Assembly (NCBI GenBank): GCA_963727625.1
Contig: CAVSHR010000003.1
Span: 128,001-192,000, forward strand
Direction of reading: 5' to 3'
Source: an uncultured delta proteobacterium
Lineage (GTDB): Bacteria; Desulfobacterota; Binatia; UBA9968
Length of the DNA stretch: 64,000 nt
Part shown: positions 11,028 through 21,314 of the stretch, piece by piece
Layout of the letters: every line of letters begins with the position of its first letter
Position numbering within the stretch: position 1 is the first letter of the stretch
The notes under the pieces: model-generated
What the model saw: only the letters and a program-made list of their open reading frames with translations
Databases searched by the model: none
Told to the model about the DNA's origin: nothing
Translations under genes and position numbers: made by a program

Positions 11028-12116
11028 TTGAGATCAATTCTTTACTATATTACCGGTCACGGCTATGGGCATGCAGTACGTTCGAGCCAAGTGATTCGCG
11101 CTCTAAATCGGGCAGACGCCGATCTACAAATCCATGTCCGGACCGCGGCGCCCGAGTGGCTGTTCGACGACGCCGACCACCCGGTTTTGTATACCAACCA
11201 ACCCATCGATGTGGGCCTTATTCAACCCAACGGCTTGCAATTGGATTTGCGAGCCACCTTGCAGGCGTGCCGGGAGTTGTACGTCAACTCACCGGGCTTG
11301 GTTGCGCAAGAAATCCGCTTCATCAACGAAAATAAGATTGACGTGATCGTCGGCGATATTCCACCGCTCTGTTTTGAGATCGCTGCCCGAGCGGAGATTC
11401 CATCCGTAGCGATAACAAATTTTACCTGGGACGTGATCTATCAAGCCTACTCCGCGGAACATCCCGAGCTCGCGCCCCTGGTCGAAGACATGAGACGGTT
11501 TTACCGCGCGGCCAGCCTGGCTCTGACTCTTCCCTATCCCTGCGATATGAGTATGTTTCCGCGACGCCAGGCCATTCCCTGGGTCACCCGCGTTTCCAAG
11601 TTGACACGCGATCAGGCTCGAACGCGATTTGGGCTGCCGGCGACCGGCGCGGTGGTGCTGTTGAGTTTCGGCGGGCTCGGCTTGGAAACTTTGCCTTGGC
11701 AAAAGCTGCGGGAATTATCCGACTTTTTCTTTGTCACCACGGCAACGGTGGAAAAGGCACCGGATAACCTGCTCGTGCTTGCCGATGCCCAGCGATACTA
11801 CGAAGACCTGTTGCGTGCCGTCGACGTAATCGTTACGAAACCCGGTTATGGTATTGTCGCCGATGCGCTTTCACACCAACTGCCGGTTTTATACACCGAC
11901 CGCGGTGAATTTTCCGAGTATCCCCTTCTGGTTCAAGCGTTGAACGAACTCGCGACCGCCGAATACATTCCACAAGCTGCGCTGCTCACCGGCGACCTGC
12001 GGCCTTATTTGGAGAAAGTGTTGGCCAAGCCGTACCATTGGCCGGCAGTTCCGTTGCACGGCGCCAGCGCGGCCGCCGACGAGGTTTTGGCTTTGCTTGA
12101 CGAATCGCGCCTATGA
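11028..12116 (+). CDS. GT-B glycosyltransferase-like protein (L-arabinokinase N-terminal domain-like)
   Basis: YYITGHGYGHAVR, SFGG, TKPGYG and EYP motifs; TTG start. Confidence 0.7.
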   Translation: MRSILYYITGHGYGHAVRSSQVIRALNRADADLQIHVRTAAPEWLFDDADHPVLYTNQPIDVGLIQPNGLQLDLRATLQACRELYVNSPGLVAQEIRFINENKIDVIVGDIPPLCFEIAARAEIPSVAITNFTWDVIYQAYSAEHPELAPLVEDMRRFYRAASLALTLPYPCDMSMFPRRQAIPWVTRVSKLTRDQARTRFGLPATGAVVLLSFGGLGLETLPWQKLRELSDFFFVTTATVEKAPDNLLVLADAQRYYEDLLRAVDVIVTKPGYGIVADALSHQLPVLYTDRGEFSEYPLLVQALNELATAEYIPQAALLTGDLRPYLEKVLAKPYHWPAVPLHGASAAADEVLALLDESRL

Positions 12117-12200
12117 ATCCGCCGGGCGAGCATGCGCGCGCAGCAATTTTTGCTTCGGGTTGACACCCTGCGGTGAATCCTCCAGACTTAAATTTTCCGC

Positions 12201-13139
12201 ATGAGCGTTGAAAAAGTCATAATAGCTAAACCACGCGGCTTCTGTGCAGGCGTTGAAATGGCGATCGAAACCGTTGAGCGTGCCTTGGTACGTTATGGCG
12301 CGCCGCTCTACGTATTTCACGAGATCGTTCACAATCAGCATGTGGTAAGCGATTTTTCCACGCGCGGCGTGCGCTTCGTGAAGTCCGTGGATGAAGTGCC
12401 CTCCGATTCAAAGCTGGTTTTCAGCGCCCATGGCGTTGCTCCAAGCGTGTGGCAGCAGGCCAAGGAAAAACACGTGGAGATCATCATCGATGCAACCTGT
12501 CCGTTAGTCGAGAAAGTCCATCGCGAAGTCCGCAAGTTTGCCGCGCGGGGCTATTGGATTATTCTTGTCGGCCACGAAAACCATGATGAGATCGTGGGTA
12601 CGAGCGGCGAAGCGCCACAACGCATGCGAATTGTCGCCAACATCAATGAAGCAAAAAAAATCAGTATTTCTGACCCGGAGAAAGTCGTTGTGTTGTCCCA
12701 AACCACTCTGAGTGTCGACGACACCCGCGGCATCATCGAAGTTCTAAGAGCGCGCTTTCCCAAGCTGATCACTGCTGCCAAAGAAGATATTTGTTATGCG
12801 ACACAGAACCGTCAAGATGCGGTAAAGCAGCTCAGCAAAGAAGTGGATTTGGTACTCGTCATAGGCTCGCGCAACAGCGAGAACTCTAACCAGCTCTGCA
12901 AAGTTGCGGAGACCCAAGGCAAGAGAGCTTTCTTGATCGACGATCGGGACGCCATTGATCCCGCGTGGCTGGTCGGTGTCAAACATGTGGGTATTACTTC
13001 AGGTGCGTCAGTGCCGGAACGGCTGGTTCAAGAAACCGTTGACTATTTCAAGCAACAGGGGGCCGAGATTAGCCATATCGGATTTGACGAAGAGAATATT
13101 CACTTCGCTTTGCCGCCAAAATTCACCAACCCTTCATAA
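12201..13139 (+). CDS. ispH: 4-hydroxy-3-methylbut-2-enyl diphosphate reductase
   Basis: PRGFCAGV, IVHN, SAHG, DATCPLV, DICYATQNRQ, GAS. Confidence 0.97.
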   Translation: MSVEKVIIAKPRGFCAGVEMAIETVERALVRYGAPLYVFHEIVHNQHVVSDFSTRGVRFVKSVDEVPSDSKLVFSAHGVAPSVWQQAKEKHVEIIIDATCPLVEKVHREVRKFAARGYWIILVGHENHDEIVGTSGEAPQRMRIVANINEAKKISISDPEKVVVLSQTTLSVDDTRGIIEVLRARFPKLITAAKEDICYATQNRQDAVKQLSKEVDLVLVIGSRNSENSNQLCKVAETQGKRAFLIDDRDAIDPAWLVGVKHVGITSGASVPERLVQETVDYFKQQGAEISHIGFDEENIHFALPPKFTNPS

Positions 13140-13321
13140 ACTTGCCGTCAATATTACCGTCGCCAAACCGACTGCGGAGAGCCCTGCTCTCTTGATTATT
13201 TATCCCGGCTATTTGACCGCTTAGTTATTGACTCAGCTCAGCCCCGCATGAGATGAGCCGCGCTTGCGCGTCGCTTTTTCGCCAATTTCTAAAATCAAAA
13301 AGTCCGAGTCTCTACCTAAGT

Positions 13322-13357
13322 TGTTGAACATTTATGCAATTGCCATAAGTTTAGGCA
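13322..13357. promoter_or_regulatory. Putative NtrC-type enhancer sites (two 17-bp TG[C/T]-N11-GCA boxes)
   Basis: TGTTGAACATTTATGCA and TGCCATAAGTTTAGGCA, about 75-110 bp upstream of the sigma54 promoter, with an AT-rich spacer. Confidence 0.45.
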
Positions 13358-13430
13358 ACTCTTTTTGAGAACTTCCCGCCATTTGAATTTTAAGTGATTA
13401 ATAATATTAATTTTTATAATTTTATGCCCG

Positions 13431-13446
13431 TGGTATAGAGGTTGCT
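13431..13446 (+). promoter_or_regulatory. sigma54 (-24/-12) promoter of amt-glnA-glnB
   Basis: TGGTATAGAGGTTGCT = GG-N10-GC, 67 bp before the amt ATG. Confidence 0.75.
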
Positions 13447-13512
13447 TTCAGCGCTCAAGGACTGCCTTACCAGCAGTCAACCGCACGCTAAATCAGCACT
13501 GCAAGGGAGAAA

Positions 13513-14928
13513 ATGGTCGTGACGCAGGGAAAGAAACCATGGCTAGTTATTTGGATTTTACTGCTGATAGTCTGGGCGTCCAATGTGGTTGTAGGCATCG
13601 CGCAAGAAGTTCCTAAAACAGCCATGCCCGAGACGGCCGCCACATTGCTAGCGCAAACTATGCCCACCGCGCCGCCTACTCCGCCTGAACCGGCGGCTCC
13701 AGCGAAAATAGATAAAGGTGACACCGCATGGATGCTCACCTCGGCGGCGCTGGTCTTGATGATGACGATTCCCGGATTGTTCCTATTTTATGGCGGCCTG
13801 GTGCGCCGTAAAAATGTCCTTGGCACGATCATGCACAGCTTTATTATCGTCGCCGTGATCAGCATCCAGTGGGCGCTTTGGGGTTACACGCTAGCATTCG
13901 GGAAGGATGTCGGGGGGTTAATCGGCGATCTGAGCTGGTTGGGCTTGAACGGAGTCGGCCCCGAGCCCAATGCGGACTACGCGGCAACAATCCCACACGC
14001 GACCTTCATGGTCTACCAAATGATGTTCGCCGTCATTACACCGGCGTTGATCACAGGCGCGTTTGCGGAGCGGGTCAAGTTTAGCTCGTTTTTGGTTTTC
14101 ATCGTCATCTGGGCGACTTTCATTTATGCGCCGTTGGCCCATTGGGTGTGGGGTGTCAAAGGCTGGATGCGCGAGCTTGGCGCGCTCGATTTCGCCGGTG
14201 GCACTGTGGTTCACATTAGCTCGGGAGCATCGGCGCTGGTGGCCGCAATCATGTTCGGCAAGCGGATCGGATATGGACAGGAAGCCATGCCGCCGCATAA
14301 TCTGCCGTTCAGCGTGATTGGCGCGGGCCTCTTGTGGGTGGGCTGGTTTGGCTTCAATGCCGGAAGCGCGCTGGCCGCCGACGGCCTGGCGACCTCGGCG
14401 TTCGTAGCCACACATCTGGCGGCCGCAGCGGCAGCGCTTTCCTGGCTGGCGATGGACTGGACAATCAGAGACAAGCCCACGGTTTTGGGCGCTGCCAGCG
14501 GTGCCGTAGCGGGGTTGGTGGCAATCACCCCTGCGGCCGGGTTCGTAGGACCGATGTCGGCTATCCTGATCGGAATCGGTGGCGGCGTGCTTTGTTCCAT
14601 GGCGTGCAGCTTGAAACCTAGGCTGGGCTACGACGACTCGCTCGATGTTGTCGGCGTGCACGGCGTCGGTGGAACTTGGGGTGCTTTGGCAACCGGACTT
14701 TTTGCTTCGAAAGCGGTGAATGCGGCGGGCAACGACGGCCTGTTTTTTGGCAACCCCGGCCAGTTTGGCATCCAACTGGTCTCAGTGGTCGCTACCTTGA
14801 TTTTGGCGTTTGCCGGCACTTACATCATTCTGTCTATTGTTAAGGCGGTGATGGGTCTCAGGGTGGCCGACGACGAGGAGCGCATGGGCCTGGATTTGAG
14901 CCAGCACAACGAGCGCGCGTACGAATAG
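13513..14928 (+). CDS. amtB: Ammonium transporter
   Basis: DTAWML, DFAGGTVVH, LWVGWFGFNAGS, DDSLDVVGVHG; N-terminal signal peptide. Confidence 0.96.
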   Translation: MVVTQGKKPWLVIWILLLIVWASNVVVGIAQEVPKTAMPETAATLLAQTMPTAPPTPPEPAAPAKIDKGDTAWMLTSAALVLMMTIPGLFLFYGGLVRRKNVLGTIMHSFIIVAVISIQWALWGYTLAFGKDVGGLIGDLSWLGLNGVGPEPNADYAATIPHATFMVYQMMFAVITPALITGAFAERVKFSSFLVFIVIWATFIYAPLAHWVWGVKGWMRELGALDFAGGTVVHISSGASALVAAIMFGKRIGYGQEAMPPHNLPFSVIGAGLLWVGWFGFNAGSALAADGLATSAFVATHLAAAAAALSWLAMDWTIRDKPTVLGAASGAVAGLVAITPAAGFVGPMSAILIGIGGGVLCSMACSLKPRLGYDDSLDVVGVHGVGGTWGALATGLFASKAVNAAGNDGLFFGNPGQFGIQLVSVVATLILAFAGTYIILSIVKAVMGLRVADDEERMGLDLSQHNERAYE

Positions 14929-15005
14929 GTATGGCCCTGTAGTTTAGAATATGATAACAAACTTTCGGCTTTAAAATATTTGCAATCACCAGAGAGGAGC
15001 AATCG

Positions 15006-16825
<1,820 letters not shown>

Positions 16826-17286
16826 TTAACCGGCTAAACCTTCCAGAAATAAATTTCCAATTCGCTCGGGATCGATTCAGAAATTCGCAAGAGCTCAGCG
16901 GGCTGAACAGCGAACTCGCTGAGCTGTTGCGCTTTTGACCGGAAGCAAGGGTTCAACCCGCCCGCTGATTTTGGCGCTGAGGTATCTTCAAGTCCACAGA
17001 TAATCCAAGCCGCCAAAGATAAGATGACTGCGATAATTTCACCGCAAATTAAGAAACCGTCTCGGAAAAAATACAAGCTACCGATCGTTGGAAGACTTTT
17101 CGCCGCGGGCTGGTAACAAGATTAGAAACGAGGACCAGCTTCTTCGGCGAAAATCCCATGCCGATTGTATCACCATCGCACCGGCAAGCTATCGAACGTT
17201 GGCGTAAAGGCGGATTGGACTCGAAGACGGTGAGAACCGACTCACGGTGGCGATCAAGTGCCGATCGTCACCGTGAGCGGCGGGAA

Positions 17287-18876
17287 TTACTTTTTGTTTT
17301 CTTCACCGGGCTGCTTGCCGGGCTCAAAACCGCCGACTTCGTGGTAAACCACCTTCTTTTCTTCCTCGAAGGCGCGCACTGAGGGTACTTGGCCTGGGAG
17401 CCCAAGTTTTTTCCATTCAGCGGCCACTTTGTCGTACATTTCCCGGCGCAGTGCCGTGCGTTTTGAGAAGATAGGTAAATAGCGGTGCTCTTTGCAGGCG
17501 TTGATCAGAGCCTTGGAGCCGTACGGCCGTTTCTCGGGCGGGTTCTGCGTCGGATCGAGCCACGTGCTCCAGGTATTTCGTAATATATCGATATCGTCGA
17601 TCGGATTGCAGCGGCTGCTCATTGCCCAGATCACTTGTTCAATATCAGTCGGATCAACATCTTCATCCACGGCGATAATCCATTTCGTATAATACGCGCC
17701 GCCAGGCACCTGTGCCGCCAGGGCCAGCGATTGTGCTGCATGTCCTGCATAGCGTTGCTCGAGCGCAATCACGGTCATACCGAAACCCCCGGCACCGGCT
17801 GGGTGAGCATAAACGCCTTGGATTCCCGGAATCCCAAGCTTTTCGAGATCATCCCAAATGCGTGCCGAACGTATAATCGAAAAAAAGCCGCTTTGCTCGT
17901 TCGACGGATAATCCGCCATCAAGGCGTTAGTCAGGATCGGATTGGTGCGAAAGTGAACAGCGGTGATTTCGACCAAGGGGCAACCCGCCTCTGGTCTACC
18001 GTAATAGCCAGGGAACTCGCCGAACGGGCCTTCGCTCTTGACCGCGTTGGGCTTAATAATCCCTTCAATCATGAATTCAGCGTTTGCCGGCAGCAAAAGA
18101 TTAGTCATCTTGCCTTTAACCACTGGTATGGGCTCGCCTTTGATGCCGCCGAGGAACTCGTATTCGGAAACGTTTTTCGGAAAGGTTTGCGAGCCCACGA
18201 CCATGAACAACGGATCGATTCCCCACGCCGCGGCGACTTCCACAGGCTTGCCTTGTTGCCATGACCGGGTGATATGCAAGCGCGCGTCTTTTCCCGGCGA
18301 CAAATACAGACCTGCTTCCCGCTTGCCTTGCAACATCATGCGGTAAGTGCCGACATTGAGATAACCGCTGTCGGGGTCACGGGTGATGACGCAGTCCGCC
18401 GTGCCGGCGTAACGGCCGCCGTCTAAGGGCCAGTGCTTAGGGATCGGCAACTGGCTCAAATCGATCTGATCGCCTGTGAGTGTATTCTCATAAAAGCCGG
18501 CCTGTGCTTGCGCCACTTCCCGAGGCGCCATGCGGTTTTTAAGTTTATCCTTGACACGCTTAATTAACTCAACTATGGGCGTATCGGGAGATTCTTCCAT
18601 GGTCAGCGCGATGCGCGGAATGCTCGGCCCGAGGATATTCCATAGCGAACGAGCCTGGTACGGGCTTTTCTCGTAGCCTTTGATGTTATCAAAGAGAATC
18701 GCCGGGGACGGCTTCTGCTTAGCGACGAGGTAACCAATCGCGCTCATTTCTTCTTCACAGCTGACGGCCTCCTTAACGCGCACGAGGTCTCCTAGCTGCT
18801 CCACCCGGCCCAGCCATTCACGTAAGTCCTGAATCGGGCCTTTGGATTCGGTTGCCATCTCTTCTCGCTTAGCCAT
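17287..18876 (-). CDS. UbiD-family (prFMN-dependent) decarboxylase
   Basis: DLREWL, NVGTYRM, EGPFGEFPGYY, VDEDVDP; ATG 18876 after a GGAGG RBS. Confidence 0.9.
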   Translation of the reverse strand: MAKREEMATESKGPIQDLREWLGRVEQLGDLVRVKEAVSCEEEMSAIGYLVAKQKPSPAILFDNIKGYEKSPYQARSLWNILGPSIPRIALTMEESPDTPIVELIKRVKDKLKNRMAPREVAQAQAGFYENTLTGDQIDLSQLPIPKHWPLDGGRYAGTADCVITRDPDSGYLNVGTYRMMLQGKREAGLYLSPGKDARLHITRSWQQGKPVEVAAAWGIDPLFMVVGSQTFPKNVSEYEFLGGIKGEPIPVVKGKMTNLLLPANAEFMIEGIIKPNAVKSEGPFGEFPGYYGRPEAGCPLVEITAVHFRTNPILTNALMADYPSNEQSGFFSIIRSARIWDDLEKLGIPGIQGVYAHPAGAGGFGMTVIALEQRYAGHAAQSLALAAQVPGGAYYTKWIIAVDEDVDPTDIEQVIWAMSSRCNPIDDIDILRNTWSTWLDPTQNPPEKRPYGSKALINACKEHRYLPIFSKRTALRREMYDKVAAEWKKLGLPGQVPSVRAFEEEKKVVYHEVGGFEPGKQPGEENKK

Positions 18877-18912
18877 CAGTTTATCCTCCAAAATTGAAAA
18901 TTGACGATCGGT

Positions 18913-19659
18913 CTACAGCCGCGCGCTCTTGGGTAACAGCGACTTAAAATAAGCAAAAGCATCGTAGGACCGGAACATCATGTTTTCTTTCATATAATCG
19001 ATTTCGGACTTGGGCATGATGCTCGGTTTCCCGACACAGCTAGCGATAAATTGCATATACGCGGTCCGCTCCAAGTAAATCGCGTGAACGGTAGCATATT
19101 CTAAGCTATCACCGCATACAATAATGCCGTGTCCCTTGAGCAACATCGCCGTGCAATTGCCAAGGGTCTGGCAAATATCCTTGCCGTCTTGAACCGTGTA
19201 GATCAACCGTGGGCTAGGAAATATTGGGGTCTCCGGCGCAAACACGGCTGCCTGATTATAGATCGGCAATATCGGCGTGCCGGCCACTGAAAAGGCAGTG
19301 GCAACGGTTTGGTGTGTATGCACCACAGAGTTGACATCTGGACGGGCGTTGTAAATCGCCGCGTGGATCATGGTCTCGCGCGGCGGATTTTTTATTTTTG
19401 TCACGGCGCGCTTGTTTGCCGCTTTCGCGTAATTTTGCTCGCAGAAATCCATATACTCGTCGATGTCGACGAGTATCACATGCTTGGGTGCGATCTCACC
19501 AAGCGGCGCCAACACCGGTTTAATGAAGAACTTCCTGGTGCCGGGTATGCGCGCGCTCACATGCCCATGGTAGTCGGCCAGGCCTTGATAAAACATGATC
19601 CGATTGCCTAGGGCCACCTTTTTCTTCAGTTCCTCTATATCCTTTTTGGTGCTCTTCAC
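18913..19659 (-). CDS. Class II aldolase/adducin family protein
   Basis: GHVSAR, ETMIHAAIY, VVHTH, LKGHG; GTG start 19659. Confidence 0.88.
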   Translation of the reverse strand: MKSTKKDIEELKKKVALGNRIMFYQGLADYHGHVSARIPGTRKFFIKPVLAPLGEIAPKHVILVDIDEYMDFCEQNYAKAANKRAVTKIKNPPRETMIHAAIYNARPDVNSVVHTHQTVATAFSVAGTPILPIYNQAAVFAPETPIFPSPRLIYTVQDGKDICQTLGNCTAMLLKGHGIIVCGDSLEYATVHAIYLERTAYMQFIASCVGKPSIMPKSEIDYMKENMMFRSYDAFAYFKSLLPKSARL

Positions 19660-19681
19660 CTCAATCCCCCTTCTGATGTTA

Positions 19682-20623
19682 TTACGATGCTCCCCTGATC
19701 GCTTCGCCAGTCGCCGACGCATTTTCTTGTTGGTCCGCCCACCACTGAATATTCATCCAATTCCACTGCTCGGGATAACGGAGTACTGTCTGTTCGAGCC
19801 ACCGGGTAATTTTGATGGTATTTGCTTTAACTTGGAGTGCGCTCTTTCCAGAGCAGTCGAGGTCAAGCGCGGGCTCAATAACCATCTTCAAGCTTTTGTC
19901 AGGCTGCCGAACCATACAAACCGGGACCACCGCTGCCCCGGTTCTCAATGCCAGGGTTGCCGGTCCGCGCCGGGCAATTACCATTCGACCGAACAACGGA
20001 GCCTGAATGCCATTGCCCCGGCGATACTCATCGGCAATAATCACGGCGATTTCGTTTGCGCGCAATGCTTCGGTGAGTTTTCCGAGCGCTTGGCGTCGGG
20101 GCCGCGCGTGAATGGTTCTCTGGCGCACTTGCAGTCGATACTTATCCATCAGCTTGGCCAGATGACTGTCGCTGGGCTGGTTCACTAACACCGAAACCGT
20201 ATAACCTTCAACGGCCAAACGAGAGCCGAGCAGAAAAAAATTTCCCAAATGCGCGCTTAGAACCAGGACCCCAGCCCCCTTATCCAAGGCGGCATCAAGG
20301 TGCTCGCGGCCGATCATCGGTATTAGGCTGAGCAACTCGTTGTCAGAAAGCTCTAGCGCCACGCCCATCTCCACTATGTCGCGAAAGAAATTCTGCAGCG
20401 ACTTACAAGCCAAGTCTTCGACTTGCACGGGACTCAAACGCTCGCCGAAGACTGCGGCAATGTTACCGATGGATCGGGTTCGGAAGCCCTCGAAACATTT
20501 AAAGCAGACGCGCGCGACAAAATCCGCGAAGCCAAACAGCCACCGGTGCGGCAAAACTCTTACTGCCAGGCAGCCGATCGCGACGCCAAACCGGATACTT
20601 AGGTAAGCGACTCTGCCAGTCAA
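19682..20623 (-). CDS. Lysophospholipid/lipid A acyltransferase (LpxL/HtrB family)
   Basis: SAHLGNF, GPATLALRTGA, YPEQWNW. Confidence 0.85.
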   Translation of the reverse strand: MTGRVAYLSIRFGVAIGCLAVRVLPHRWLFGFADFVARVCFKCFEGFRTRSIGNIAAVFGERLSPVQVEDLACKSLQNFFRDIVEMGVALELSDNELLSLIPMIGREHLDAALDKGAGVLVLSAHLGNFFLLGSRLAVEGYTVSVLVNQPSDSHLAKLMDKYRLQVRQRTIHARPRRQALGKLTEALRANEIAVIIADEYRRGNGIQAPLFGRMVIARRGPATLALRTGAAVVPVCMVRQPDKSLKMVIEPALDLDCSGKSALQVKANTIKITRWLEQTVLRYPEQWNWMNIQWWADQQENASATGEAIRGAS

Positions 20624-20891
20624 CCAAGCGGTCCTTCAACTTCATTCATTTTACAGATTCAACGCCCGGGTTGAGCCCACCGAAGTACGCCAATCTACGA
20701 TACTTTTAATAGCGCCGCAAGAGCGAAGGAGCGCCCCAAAGGCCGTGCTCGAGTCCTTATGTAAATGAGAAAACATGCACAAATACAAACACTTAGTTAA
20801 GTCTAGAGAGCTTAGTTGGTGAGCGACGCTGTTTCCATCGAGGTGCTAGTATGCTAATTACACTTGACTAACATGTTTTTGGTGTCTTCGC

Positions 20892-21269
20892 ATGAGAATG
20901 ATCTTGCCGCCTCTCAAAGAACGTCGCTCGGTCGATCGCCTACTTTCGGCTTTTTTCCGCGACTACAAAGCAACCGACTTTAAAAAAGCCATCGCGGCGC
21001 TATGCCGCTTCTATCACTTGAAAAATCCCAGAGTCGAATGGTTCGAGTATATTGATTGGGGTAAGACCGCGGGTAAGACTTACGAGAACGGCGAAATTTA
21101 TTTGGTTCATCCGGAGAATTGGAAAAAGGGCCGAAAGTATAATTCAGAACGGCGCTGGATCAGCACGGTTTATCACGAGATGGGGCATTATGTCTTTTGG
21201 GCGGACGCGGAAAACAAAGCGGACATGTTCGCTTCTCGCATCGTGCGCGGACTGAATCATCACAAATAA
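20892..21269 (+). CDS. Small basic protein with a HEXXH zincin motif
   Basis: HEMGH followed by ENKADMFA; 125 aa; directly upstream of ileS. Confidence 0.7.
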   Translation: MRMILPPLKERRSVDRLLSAFFRDYKATDFKKAIAALCRFYHLKNPRVEWFEYIDWGKTAGKTYENGEIYLVHPENWKKGRKYNSERRWISTVYHEMGHYVFWADAENKADMFASRIVRGLNHHK

Positions 21270-21314
21270 TAGATTCTGATTGCGTTATCTTTCTGTTTCG
21301 AAAATTCGAAGGCT

